DNA of 32,000 nucleotides from Sinorhizobium meliloti (GCF_017876815.1 NZ_JAGIOS010000003.1:600001-632000), one strand, 5' to 3'. Positions 18,736 to 27,879 are shown, counted from the first letter of the stretch. Made by a program: numbers and translations. The notes: a model not told the origin generated them from the sequence alone.

Positions 18736-19813
18736 ACTGACCGAAAACGTGCGCCGACCCGGCATCGAATCTGAGCCAAACGGCATCTCCCCGATTGAGT
18801 CCCGAGATCGCTTCATGACCGAAGGGAAGGCGGACGGACAGGTCGTTGCCTTTGCGGGTTTTCGTGGCCACATGGACGTTGTTGCCGAGGAAGGTGATAT
18901 CGCTGACCGTGACCGGCAACCCGATGTCTGACTTCGTCTTTGACAACAGTAGCCGCTCCGGCCTCAGCATAAGCGCCGCTTTGCTCCCCGAAGAAGCAGT
19001 CCCATGAAGCGGAATGTTCGAAAAGGTCATGGAACCGCACACAGCAATCTCGGCTCGGCCATTGACCATAGAGACCACGTCGCAAGGGAGAAAATCGCTG
19101 TCTCCGATAAACTCGGCCACGAACCGAGTGGCCGGGTTGGCGTATAGTTCCGGCCCTGTGCCGATCTGATCGATCACGCCCTTTGAGAAAACGGCGATGC
19201 GATCGGAAAGACGAAGTGCCTCCTCCTGGTCATGCGTGACATACAGGATTGTGACTTCCGTCTGCTGGTGGATCCGGCGGATTTCGTGCTGGATCTCCTC
19301 GCGCAGCTTTTTGTCGAGGGCAGAAAGCGGCTCATCCATCAGCAGCACTGGCGGGTCATAGGCGAGTGCGCGGGCCAAGGCCACACGCTGCTGCTGGCCG
19401 CCGGACATCTGAGCGGGCTTACGGTCCTCAAAGCCTTCCAACCGGACGAGCTTCAGCATCGCGCGCACCTTGGCGTCGATCTCCGCCTTCGGAAGACGCC
19501 TGACCTTTAGCGGAAAGGCGATATTCTCGCCGACGGAAAGATGCGGAAACAGCGTGTAGCGCTGGAACACCATGCCGATATTGCGTTTGTGCGAAGGCGT
19601 CGCCAGCAGCGTTTCGCCATTTAGCAAGATGTCGCCGCGCGTCGGGTTCTCAAAGCCGGCCAGGATGTAAAGCGTCGTGCTTTTTCCGGATCCCGAAGGG
19701 CCAAGAAAGGTCAGGAATTCCCCCTGTGCAACATCGAGAGTAACATCTTGCACGGCCGTCACCGGGCCATACTCCTTGCGGATGCCGCGGATCTGTAGGA
19801 AGGGTCTATTCAT
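18734..19813 (-). CDS. ABC transporter ATP-binding protein (PotA/PotG-like)
   Basis: Walker A GPSGSGKST, signature LSGGQQQRV, Walker B LLMDEP, and a C-terminal TOBE-like domain. Confidence 0.92.
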   Translation of the reverse strand: MNRPFLQIRGIRKEYGPVTAVQDVTLDVAQGEFLTFLGPSGSGKSTTLYILAGFENPTRGDILLNGETLLATPSHKRNIGMVFQRYTLFPHLSVGENIAFPLKVRRLPKAEIDAKVRAMLKLVRLEGFEDRKPAQMSGGQQQRVALARALAYDPPVLLMDEPLSALDKKLREEIQHEIRRIHQQTEVTILYVTHDQEEALRLSDRIAVFSKGVIDQIGTGPELYANPATRFVAEFIGDSDFLPCDVVSMVNGRAEIAVCGSMTFSNIPLHGTASSGSKAALMLRPERLLLSKTKSDIGLPVTVSDITFLGNNVHVATKTRKGNDLSVRLPFGHEAISGLNRGDAVWLRFDAGSAHVFGQ

Positions 19814-20610
19814 GATTTTAATCCTTTACGGACGATGGCGACGAGCACCATCAAAAGTACTGTCAAGAGGATGAGAAGCGTGGAGGCGGCGGCAACGACC
19901 GGCGTTAAATCCTGCCGCAAGGTCGACCAAACCTTGACGGGAAGCGTCTGAAGCGTCGGGCTCGCCATGAAAATTGCGACGACCACTTCGTCCCAAGAGG
20001 TGAGGAAGGAAAATATTGCCGCGGAGAAAACGCCGTGGCTGATGGCCGGCAGCGTCACACGGATTTTGGCTTCGAAAGGCGAAGCGCCGCACAGAACGGC
20101 GGCATCCTCAATCGATTTATCAAAGCCCTCGAGCGCATTTGTGATCGACAGGATTGAGAACGGCAGTGCCAGCACCAGATGGGAAATGACGAAGCCGGTG
20201 AGGGTTCCATTGAGACCTATCTGCAGGAAGAAGGCGTATAGCGCCACGGCTAGCACGACGACGGGCAGGATCATCGGCGTCAGGAATAGCGCCTTCAACG
20301 CTTCCCGAAACAAGAACCGCCCGCGGTTCAGACCAAAAGAAGTGACTAGACCGAGAAGGACCGACAGCACCGTAACGATGAGTGCGATGCGGAAGCTCGT
20401 CCAGGCGGAGTCCAGCCAACGGGGATCTTCGAGTAGCTCCTGGTACCACCTGAGCGTCCAACCGGGCGGCGGGAATATCAGCCATTGCGACGAACCGAAG
20501 GAGAGTGCCGCTATGAATAGGATGGGGAGGAGCAGGAAGGCAGTTGTCAGCAACGTGATGCCGATGAGAACGAGCTTCCACCAGCCCAGACGGTCGAAAT
20601 TCAGGAGCAT
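19810..20610 (-). CDS. ABC transporter permease (PotC-like)
   Basis: 266 aa with multiple hydrophobic spans. Its stop overlaps the ATPase start (ATGA). Confidence 0.88.
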   Translation of the reverse strand: MLLNFDRLGWWKLVLIGITLLTTAFLLLPILFIAALSFGSSQWLIFPPPGWTLRWYQELLEDPRWLDSAWTSFRIALIVTVLSVLLGLVTSFGLNRGRFLFREALKALFLTPMILPVVVLAVALYAFFLQIGLNGTLTGFVISHLVLALPFSILSITNALEGFDKSIEDAAVLCGASPFEAKIRVTLPAISHGVFSAAIFSFLTSWDEVVVAIFMASPTLQTLPVKVWSTLRQDLTPVVAAASTLLILLTVLLMVLVAIVRKGLKS

Positions 20611-20611
20611 G

Positions 20612-21487
20612 TCAGCGCCCTCCCATCCGGTTTTTGCCGAAGAAACGAAGCTGCACGGCGTACAGCGCCAGGGTGACGACCAGAAGCACCAGGGCCGCCG
20701 CGCCGCCCATGCCCCAGTTGACGAGAGACTGCACGAACTGTGCGATGAGCTCCGCGAGCATCATGTTCGAAGTACCGCCGAGCAGCGCCGGCGTAACGAA
20801 GTAGCCGAGCGACATCACGAAGACCATAAGCGCACCTGCCGCCATGCCCGGCATTGCGAGCGGCAGCAGCACGCGCACGAGCGACTGCCAGCGATTGGCG
20901 CCACAAAGAGCAGCCGCCTGCAGGATGGCGGGATCGATCTTCCGGATGACGCCATAGAGCGGCAGGATGATGAAGGGCAACATGATGTAGGTCATGCCGA
21001 TCGTCACTCCCGTCAGGTTGTTGACGAGCGGAAGCGGCGTATCGATGAGCCCCATTCCAAGCAGCATCTTGTTGATGACACCTGTGCGCTGAAGCAACAC
21101 CATCCACGCGTAAGTACGCGCAAGAAGGTTCGTCCACATGGACAGAAGCAGAATGGCGAACACAATGGATGCCGCGCGGCTGGGCATGATGGCCAGTGCC
21201 CAGGCGACAGGAAAGCCGATCAGCAACGAGACAAGTGTGACGAGGCTAGAAACGATGAAGGTGTTTGCGAATATTCGCAGGTAGGTTGATGAGCCCAGCA
21301 ATTCGGCATAGTTGCCGAGACCCGGCACCGGCTCTGTGACGCTGCGCGTTAACAGCATGGCGACCGGCAGGACGAAGAACAGGATCAGCAGTCCTAGGGC
21401 TGGCAATGTCAGGTCAAAGTCGGTCAGCCGCCGGACCTGTGCAGGCGAATACGGTCTCCCACTCCCGGTTTCGGTCTGCGATACCAT
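20612..21487 (-). CDS. ABC transporter permease (PotB-like)
   Basis: 291 aa, hydrophobic. GGAGGAG SD lies before ATG 21487. There is a 1-nt gap to the next permease. Confidence 0.88.
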   Translation of the reverse strand: MVSQTETGSGRPYSPAQVRRLTDFDLTLPALGLLILFFVLPVAMLLTRSVTEPVPGLGNYAELLGSSTYLRIFANTFIVSSLVTLVSLLIGFPVAWALAIMPSRAASIVFAILLLSMWTNLLARTYAWMVLLQRTGVINKMLLGMGLIDTPLPLVNNLTGVTIGMTYIMLPFIILPLYGVIRKIDPAILQAAALCGANRWQSLVRVLLPLAMPGMAAGALMVFVMSLGYFVTPALLGGTSNMMLAELIAQFVQSLVNWGMGGAAALVLLVVTLALYAVQLRFFGKNRMGGR

Positions 21488-21579
21488 TGTTTCTCCTCCC
21501 TAAACGCAAGGCGCGCCGCTTTCCGGCTGCCGGAGCGACCGGAAGAACGCCACAACGTCCTTCCAGCCGTTCCCAATGA

Positions 21580-22590
21580 TTACTTCGCCTGCCAGGCGTA
21601 CCAGCGCTCGCCGATGGCATCGCGATTCTCGGCCCAGTAGTTCATGTCCGCATTCACTTGGCTTGCCGTCTGCGCGTCCGGCAGGGTCTTCGCTAATTCC
21701 GGATCCATCATCTTAGGCGAATCCAAGTTGATCGGCGCGTATCCTGTGATCTTTGCAAGGTCGGCCTGAGCTTCTGGCGATGTGGCGAGCGCTATGAACT
21801 GCATGGCCGCTTCTTTGTTCTTCGAGCCCTTGGGGACTACGAGAGCGTCGGCGGCGGTGATGTTCTGTTCCCAGGAAGTCTCGACATTGATGCCGCTTTG
21901 CGCGAGCGCCGTCATTCGGCCATTCCAGACGCTACCGAAAGGCGCTTCGGCGGAGGCGAGGAGCTGTTGCGACTGCGCGCCGCCTGACCACCAGATGATG
22001 TCGGACTTAATCGTGTCGAGCTTCTTGAAAGCGCGATCCAGATCGAGCGGATAGAGTTTATCGGGCGATACACCGTCGGCAAGCAGGGCGGCCTCGATGA
22101 CACCCGGCGCGGACCACTTGTAGAAGGCGCGCATCCCTGGGAATTTCTGGGCGTCGAAGAGGTCCGCCCAGGTCTTGGGGCAGGCATCGACCGCATCCTT
22201 GTTGCAGCCGATGACGAAGGAATAATAGAAGCTGCCAACCGAATAGTCGGTGACGAAGCGCGGATCGAGCTTGGACTTGTCGATGACAGAGAAGTCGAGT
22301 TTCTCGAGGAGGCCCTTCTTGCCGGCCTGAGCGGCGTAATCGCCCTCGACGTCGACGACGTCCCAGGTGACGGCGTTCGCCTCGACCATAGCCTTCAACT
22401 TGCCGTAATCGGTCGGTCCGTCCTGCAGCACGTTAATGCCCGTCTTTTCGGTAAATTTCTCGGCCCAGGCGATCTTCTGCGCGTCCTGCGTGGTCCCTCC
22501 CCAACTCGTGAAAACGAGATCGGCAGCCGTCGCCGGCATCGCTGTAGCAATCGTCGCGGCAGTGGCCGCCAAAACAAATATCCTATTCAT
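21580..22590 (-). CDS. Periplasmic substrate-binding protein of the ABC importer (PotD/PotF-like, 336 aa)
   Basis: Start moved to ATG 22590, MNRIFVLAATAATIATAMPATAADLVF (Sec signal peptide ending AxA). The remainder is typical family-1 SBP. Confidence 0.88.
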   Translation of the reverse strand: MNRIFVLAATAATIATAMPATAADLVFTSWGGTTQDAQKIAWAEKFTEKTGINVLQDGPTDYGKLKAMVEANAVTWDVVDVEGDYAAQAGKKGLLEKLDFSVIDKSKLDPRFVTDYSVGSFYYSFVIGCNKDAVDACPKTWADLFDAQKFPGMRAFYKWSAPGVIEAALLADGVSPDKLYPLDLDRAFKKLDTIKSDIIWWSGGAQSQQLLASAEAPFGSVWNGRMTALAQSGINVETSWEQNITAADALVVPKGSKNKEAAMQFIALATSPEAQADLAKITGYAPINLDSPKMMDPELAKTLPDAQTASQVNADMNYWAENRDAIGERWYAWQAK

Positions 22591-22627
22591 GTTCCCTTGC
22601 TCCGTGTTCCGGTTTTGCTTGGTTGTT

Positions 22628-22954
22628 CTAAGACGCGACGGCACCTGTCGGCGAAAATCGCGCCGCCTTCATGATCTTATTTTCAGCGACTTCTATCAGG
22701 TCGCGTATCTTGGGAAGAAAATCCCGCCAGGCCGCATCGTTCATGAGTGCGGCTCGCCGACGCTCGCGCTCATCGAGGCTCGGATAAGCCCAGATATGGA
22801 CGATCTCGTTGATCGGCCCGATTTCGGAGAAGAAGTAGCCGACAAGTTCGCCGAGATGCTTCCTCTGGATGGCTATCCCTTCTTCCTCGACCACCTTCAG
22901 GTAGGTAGGGATCGCGCCATTCCTCAGCCGATAGGTGCGGATCTCGTAAAACAT
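22628..22954 (-). CDS. NIPSNAP family protein (about 108 aa)
   Basis: MFYEIRTYRLRNGAIPTYLKVVEEEGIAIQRKHLGELVGYFFSEIGPINEIVHIWAYPSLDERERRR is the typical NIPSNAP dimeric alpha-beta barrel pattern. An alternative GTG start at 22963 overlaps the ALDH stop. Confidence 0.8.
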   Translation of the reverse strand: MFYEIRTYRLRNGAIPTYLKVVEEEGIAIQRKHLGELVGYFFSEIGPINEIVHIWAYPSLDERERRRAALMNDAAWRDFLPKIRDLIEVAENKIMKAARFSPTGAVAS

Positions 22955-22959
22955 CGCTC

Positions 22960-24423
22960 TCACCGCATCACGAAGGGATCAGGAATTGGATCGTCCGACG
23001 TCCTGAGCCAAACGGTCTTGCTCCGGGTATAGTCGAGCGCCGCCTCCAGGCCGCCCTCACGCCCGTGACCCGAGAGCCCGAAGCCGCCGAAGGGCGCGAC
23101 CGGGGAGACCGCCCGATAGGTATTGACCCAGACGATTCCCGCGCGAATTCCCTTCATGAGGCGGTGCGCTCGGGTGAGATTCTGGGTGAAGACCCCGGCT
23201 GCAAGGCCGAAGCGAGAGTCGTTGGCGAGATGGAGAGCTTCAGCTTCTGTCTCGAAAGACAGAACCGAGAGCACAGGACCGAAGAATTCGTTCTCGAGGG
23301 ACGGCGATGCGCTGCCGTCGCAATCGAGAATGGTCGGGCGATAATAGAACCCGGCGCCCTCCGGCGCTGTGCCTCCGGTCACCAGCTTCGCGCCAGCGGC
23401 CAGCGAGCGCGCGACAAGGGTCTTGACGTGGTTGGATTGGCGCTCCGTCGCGAGCGGTCCCACCTCCGTCGACATCTCGAGCGGGCTGCCGATGCGAATT
23501 GTCTCTGCCTTGGCCTTCAGGATCTGCAAGAAGCGGTCCTTGACACTTTTCTCGACGATCAGCCGTGAGCCGGCCACGCAGCTCTGCCCGGTCGCGGCAA
23601 AGATCCCAGCGATCTGGGCATTGGCCGCACTTTCAAGATCAGCGTCGGCAAAGACGATGAAGGGCGATTTGCCGCCGAGCTCGAGCGAGGTCGAGGCGAG
23701 ATTTTCCGCTGAATTGCGTACTATATGGCGCGCCGTCTCCGGCCCGCCAGTGAAGGCTATGTGATCGACCTGCGGATGGCGGCTGAGCGCCGCGCCGCAT
23801 GATGGGCCGAAGCCGGTGACGATGTTGACGACACCGGCGGGAAAACCCGCCGCATGCACCAGCCGGGCAAATTCGAGAAGCGGCGCCGGCCCGTCCTCCG
23901 AGGCCTTCACCACCATGGTGCAGCCGGCCGCCAGTGCCGGACCGATCTTCACGGCCGAAAGGAACAGTTGGCTATTCCACGGCACGACCATGGCCACGAC
24001 GCCGATCGGCTCGCGGCGCAGCCAGACATCCATGTCGGGCTTGTCGATCGGCAGATAGGAGCCCTCAATCTTGTCGGCGATCCCGGCGTAGTAGCGATAG
24101 TAGTCGGCGACATAGGCGATCTGCGACGAGGTCTCGCGGATGATCTTGCCCGTGTCACGGGTCTCCAGCTCGGCAAGTCTTCCGGCATTCTCAGCGACGA
24201 GATCGGCAAGCTTGTAGAGGAGCTTGCCTCTCTGCGTGGCCGTCAGTGTGGACCATGGCTGGTCGTGAAGGGCGATACGTGCAGCCTCGACGGCACGATT
24301 GACGTCCGCTTCCCGTGCCTCTGGCATCTCCGCCCAGGCACGGCCGGTGGTGGGATCGATGCTTTCGAAGCGGGCTTCGCCGTCTGCGAATTCACCGTTG
24401 ATGTAACACTGGAAGCGCTGCAT
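22960..24423 (-). CDS. NAD(P)+-dependent aldehyde dehydrogenase family protein (487 aa)
   Basis: ALDH motifs ELGGKSPFIV and FAATGQSCVAGSR. GGAG SD lies within the end of the upstream gene. Confidence 0.9.
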   Translation of the reverse strand: MQRFQCYINGEFADGEARFESIDPTTGRAWAEMPEAREADVNRAVEAARIALHDQPWSTLTATQRGKLLYKLADLVAENAGRLAELETRDTGKIIRETSSQIAYVADYYRYYAGIADKIEGSYLPIDKPDMDVWLRREPIGVVAMVVPWNSQLFLSAVKIGPALAAGCTMVVKASEDGPAPLLEFARLVHAAGFPAGVVNIVTGFGPSCGAALSRHPQVDHIAFTGGPETARHIVRNSAENLASTSLELGGKSPFIVFADADLESAANAQIAGIFAATGQSCVAGSRLIVEKSVKDRFLQILKAKAETIRIGSPLEMSTEVGPLATERQSNHVKTLVARSLAAGAKLVTGGTAPEGAGFYYRPTILDCDGSASPSLENEFFGPVLSVLSFETEAEALHLANDSRFGLAAGVFTQNLTRAHRLMKGIRAGIVWVNTYRAVSPVAPFGGFGLSGHGREGGLEAALDYTRSKTVWLRTSDDPIPDPFVMR

Positions 24424-24428
24424 GTGCC

Positions 24429-25469
24429 CTACTCCGCAAATGCTGGCATGACATCGGCGATGAAGCGTTCGAGCGAAGCCTTCTTGCGCTCGAAGGTCAT
24501 GCCTGTGTCGATCCAGAAGGAATATTCGTCATACCCCAGTGCCTCGTAGCTCTTGATGCGGGCGATGACCTCGTCGGCTGCGCCGACGACGTTGTTGCGT
24601 CGCATTGCCTCGCCTGAGAGCATGGCATTGGCGGCAATTTCCTCTTCCGGAATCCGATCGATGAGGCCTTGTCTGATCGGTCTTTCGTTCTTGAACCAGG
24701 CGAAGAAGTAATTGTAGTATACGCTCATCTCATGAGCTGCCTGCGCGATATCCGCCTCGTCGGAGCCGACATAGGTGTGCCGCAGCAGCATGATCTTCGG
24801 TCGCGGGAGCTCTGGATCCTTGGCGCAGGCGTCGTTGAACCGTGCCATCAGGCTCCGAACCTCCTCGTCGTCCTGCCAGAGTGGCGTCACCTGCACATTG
24901 CAGCCGTTCGCAACGGCAAACTCGTGCGAGTTGGGATCGCGCGCAGCAACCCATATCGGCGGATGGGGCTTCTGCAGCGGCTTCGGTGACGAGGTCGTGG
25001 CCGGAAACTTGAAGAACTCGCCGTCGTGGGCGTAATCACCCGCCCAGATCCCCTTCACCGCCGGAATGAGTTCGCGCATGCGCTGCCCAGCGCTCCAGGC
25101 GTCGAGGCCCGGCAGCAGCCGCTCGTACTCGAAGGAATAGGCGCCGCGGGCAATTCCGATGTCAAGCCGACCCTCGCAGATCAGATCCGTCATTGCGGCT
25201 TCTCCCGCGAGCTTGATCGGATGCCAGAAGGGCGCGATCACCGTGCCGGTTCCAAGCCGCGCGGTCTTAGTGCGACGGGCAAGGTCCGCAATCGTTACGA
25301 AAGGATTCGGCGCAATGGTGAACTCCATTCCATGGTGTTCACCGGTCCAGATCGCGTGCATGCCGCCTTTGTCGGCGATTTCGCACAGCTTGATGAATTC
25401 TTCGTACAGCGTCTTGTGGTCTTGCGAAGCATCCAGGCGCTCCATGTGAACGAAGAGCGAGAATTTCAT
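24429..25469 (-). CDS. LLM-class (luciferase-like) flavin-dependent oxygenase (346 aa)
   Basis: From ATG 25469: MKFSLFVHMERLDASQDHKTLYEEFIKLCEIADKGGMHAIWTGEHHGMEF... is a typical bacterial luciferase-like TIM-barrel N-terminus. Its start overlaps the upstream stop (ATGA). Confidence 0.88.
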   Translation of the reverse strand: MKFSLFVHMERLDASQDHKTLYEEFIKLCEIADKGGMHAIWTGEHHGMEFTIAPNPFVTIADLARRTKTARLGTGTVIAPFWHPIKLAGEAAMTDLICEGRLDIGIARGAYSFEYERLLPGLDAWSAGQRMRELIPAVKGIWAGDYAHDGEFFKFPATTSSPKPLQKPHPPIWVAARDPNSHEFAVANGCNVQVTPLWQDDEEVRSLMARFNDACAKDPELPRPKIMLLRHTYVGSDEADIAQAAHEMSVYYNYFFAWFKNERPIRQGLIDRIPEEEIAANAMLSGEAMRRNNVVGAADEVIARIKSYEALGYDEYSFWIDTGMTFERKKASLERFIADVMPAFAE

Positions 25470-26401
25470 GAGTGTGCGTCCTTCTTCGCGATCGGATGGA
25501 CCGTGCCGCCGGTCTCGTCGCCGAAATACATGCCGAAATTGCCGATAGAGCTTTCGAGTACGAAACGATTGATGATATCGGCGGTCGCGCTGCTGCTGAA
25601 CTTGGCCGCAGCCAGCTCCGCCGGCCTGACAAACCGGCCTTGTCGTGGTGCACCGTCGCTGGCAAGCGCGTGGTAAACGATGTTTTGACGACCATCGCTC
25701 TTGTCCTCGTAAACCGAGTAGAGAAATCCGATGGTGACGTTCAGCCCGGTCAGTTGTTCGAGAAACGCGGCAAGCGTGCGCGCTGGATCGCCGCCTTCGA
25801 CTGTGCAATTCGGAAGCGACAGGGTTTCATTGCCTGCCAGAAATACAGCGCCCTGCTGTTCGAGCACCGCACCGAGACGAATTTCTCCCTCAACGGCAGC
25901 GGAAACCGCCTTTCCTGCCAACCTCGGCGTGAAGTAGCCGCCCCGGGCGTAACCCAGGCCATTGAGGCCGCTGTTTTCGAAGGCGGTAACGCGACCAATT
26001 ATGATGACATGATCGCCCGCCTCGATGATGTCCTGCATCGAACACTCGAACCAGGCTGCCACATCTGAGAATATCGGGCAGCCGTCCCGGCCAAGCCGCC
26101 AATCGACCGCTGCAAACCGATCCTCCACGGGGCGGGCAAATGTATTCGAGACGTCTTTTTGCGTTTCGGACAAGACGTTGATGGCGAAACGCCCTGCCGA
26201 AGTCATCGATTCATAATTGCGCGAGCTCTTGGCAAGGCAAACGAGCAGCAGCGGCGGATCCAATGAGACGGACGTAAAGGAATTGGCCGTAAAGCCGATT
26301 GGCTTGCCTGCCGCATCGCTCGCCGTCACCACCGTCACTCCGGTTGCGAATGCGCCGAACGCGTCTCGCAAGGCTCTCGGGTCGAAAACTTCCGCAGTCA
26401 T
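25466..26401 (-). CDS. Flavin reductase domain protein with an additional ~150-aa C-terminal domain (311 aa)
   Basis: From ATG 26401: MTAEVFDPRALRDAFGAFATGVTVVTASDAAGKPIGFTANSFTSVSLDPPLLLVCL is the HpaC/NtaB-type flavin reductase family. Residues from about 165 to 311 lie outside that fold. ATGA overlaps occur at both ends. Confidence 0.85.
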   Translation of the reverse strand: MTAEVFDPRALRDAFGAFATGVTVVTASDAAGKPIGFTANSFTSVSLDPPLLLVCLAKSSRNYESMTSAGRFAINVLSETQKDVSNTFARPVEDRFAAVDWRLGRDGCPIFSDVAAWFECSMQDIIEAGDHVIIIGRVTAFENSGLNGLGYARGGYFTPRLAGKAVSAAVEGEIRLGAVLEQQGAVFLAGNETLSLPNCTVEGGDPARTLAAFLEQLTGLNVTIGFLYSVYEDKSDGRQNIVYHALASDGAPRQGRFVRPAELAAAKFSSSATADIINRFVLESSIGNFGMYFGDETGGTVHPIAKKDAHS

Positions 26402-27231
26402 CTCGGTTTCTCCCTGGAAGTCAGCCATTCGGACATCAACGCGTTGACGATCTCGGGGGCGGTTAGATTGACCATATGTCTGTGACCATCGACAATGCGT
26501 GCCCATCCCTTTGGCGTCACAGACGCCATCTGTTTGGCCATTTCCGGTGTCGAATTCGGATCTCCCGAGCCCGTTAGGAAGAGAGCCGGGCATTCGACGG
26601 ACGGCCAGCAGTCTGCATAGATCTCATCGCCCCCCGCAAAGGCGGCATAGGCAATCGCGTATCCTTCCGGATCGACCATCTCCAACCATGTTCGTGTTAG
26701 CTCTCGAGCACGTTGGCTCTCCGGATCCTCGCCGAACCACCGCTCCAAAGGCCCTTCCGCGTCGACCCCGTTTTTACGGATAGCTTCAGCGCGCGCCAGG
26801 ACTGCAGCTTTCGCCGCGGCGTCGCGGCGATAAACGCCGTTGAGATAAGCGACACGAGTGATCCGGTCGGAAAATGTTGCCACCGCGCCTCCGGAAATAA
26901 GTGCACCCATCGAATGTCCGGCGATACTCGCCCGTGCGATGCTCAGGTCTTCCAGGAAGCAGCCAAACCAAGCAACATAGTCCCGCACCGTGCTGCCCGC
27001 TGGGATTTTTTCGCTTGCGCCATGCCCCGGCATGTCTAATGCGAAAACCCGGTGGGTTTTTGCGAAAGCCTCGATTTGTGGCGCCCAAGCCTCTAGGCGC
27101 ATACCAACGCCGTGAATGAGGATTAACGTCTCTCCATCGCCGGCTTCGAAATAGGCGGTGCCGCGCGCAGTGGTCTTGCGCGGAAGGGAGGCGCCGCCCT
27201 CCCCGAATGTGTGTGATGTAACCGTTTGCAT
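26398..27231 (-). CDS. Alpha/beta-fold hydrolase
   Basis: HGVGM oxyanion region and GHSMGA nucleophile elbow. ATG 27231 is preceded by GGTGGA. The alternative GTG start is at 27243. Confidence 0.88.
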   Translation of the reverse strand: MQTVTSHTFGEGGASLPRKTTARGTAYFEAGDGETLILIHGVGMRLEAWAPQIEAFAKTHRVFALDMPGHGASEKIPAGSTVRDYVAWFGCFLEDLSIARASIAGHSMGALISGGAVATFSDRITRVAYLNGVYRRDAAAKAAVLARAEAIRKNGVDAEGPLERWFGEDPESQRARELTRTWLEMVDPEGYAIAYAAFAGGDEIYADCWPSVECPALFLTGSGDPNSTPEMAKQMASVTPKGWARIVDGHRHMVNLTAPEIVNALMSEWLTSREKPR

Positions 27232-27249
27232 CGAGGTGTCCACCGCCGC

Positions 27250-27852
27250 TCAGACGCCGGCCGGATTGGTGACATCTTGCCCAAGCTCCTTCAAATCCTC
27301 GTAACGGTCGCCGATCCGGTGATGAGGACGTCCGCCAGTCGAGGCGCCAAGAGCCACCACGATTTCATCGGCGGCTGGGGCATCGGGTACTGCGGTCTGG
27401 ATCGTCAGGTAGTGCGAACGGCGCCCCTCGTCGTTCTTGTCCATCAGGGGGATCATGATGGGGGCATTGGCAGGGCCGCGCGTATTGCAGAAGGCCAGGT
27501 ATGATTTGGCGCCAACCGCTTGGCGATAATGATTGCCGAAACGCAAGGTATGGATGAGCGCCGAGGCATGCTCGATTTCGCCATCAATCCCGACCACGGC
27601 GGCTTTCCCATAAGCTTCAACCGCCTCGGCGGAACCAACGGCATCGATGATCATCCTAGTTAGAAGCTCGCCCAGTACCGGTGCCGCCCTGTGAATCTCC
27701 GGCCTCAGATCTTCGACGAAGCCGTGCCCAACCCACGGATTTTTCACCACCGCCACCGCCGAAAACAGCTTTAACGGCAGAGGGGCGGCTTTCCCGCCCT
27801 CGATCAGGGTCGTTTCCATCTGGAGAAGCGTCTTGCGGATCTGAACGGGCAT
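27250..27852 (-). CDS. 'Amino acid synthesis' family protein (DUF1185-type conserved hypothetical, 200 aa)
   Basis: MPVQIRKTLLQMETTLIEGGKAAPLPLKLFSAVAVVKNPWVGHGFVEDL... matches my memory of this family. GGAAGGA SD is 7 nt upstream. It is the first gene of the operon. Confidence 0.7.
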   Translation of the reverse strand: MPVQIRKTLLQMETTLIEGGKAAPLPLKLFSAVAVVKNPWVGHGFVEDLRPEIHRAAPVLGELLTRMIIDAVGSAEAVEAYGKAAVVGIDGEIEHASALIHTLRFGNHYRQAVGAKSYLAFCNTRGPANAPIMIPLMDKNDEGRRSHYLTIQTAVPDAPAADEIVVALGASTGGRPHHRIGDRYEDLKELGQDVTNPAGV

Positions 27853-27879
27853 AGGACATCCTTCCTGTGAGCTATTTGA

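Noticed and set aside
19967-21289. 440-aa plus-strand ORF, the longest unexplained ORF in the track
   Set aside because: It lies entirely antisense to the two ABC permease genes. Its product is Arg/Ser/His/Pro-rich with no hydrophobic core or motif. This is the typical open antisense frame of high-GC coding DNA.
25470-25808. N-terminal extension of the LLM oxygenase ORF (459 aa in the track); likewise 26402..26593 for the flavin reductase ORF
   Set aside because: The extensions overlap the upstream genes in other frames and are Arg-rich. The internal ATGs give family-typical N-termini and ATGA start/stop coupling.
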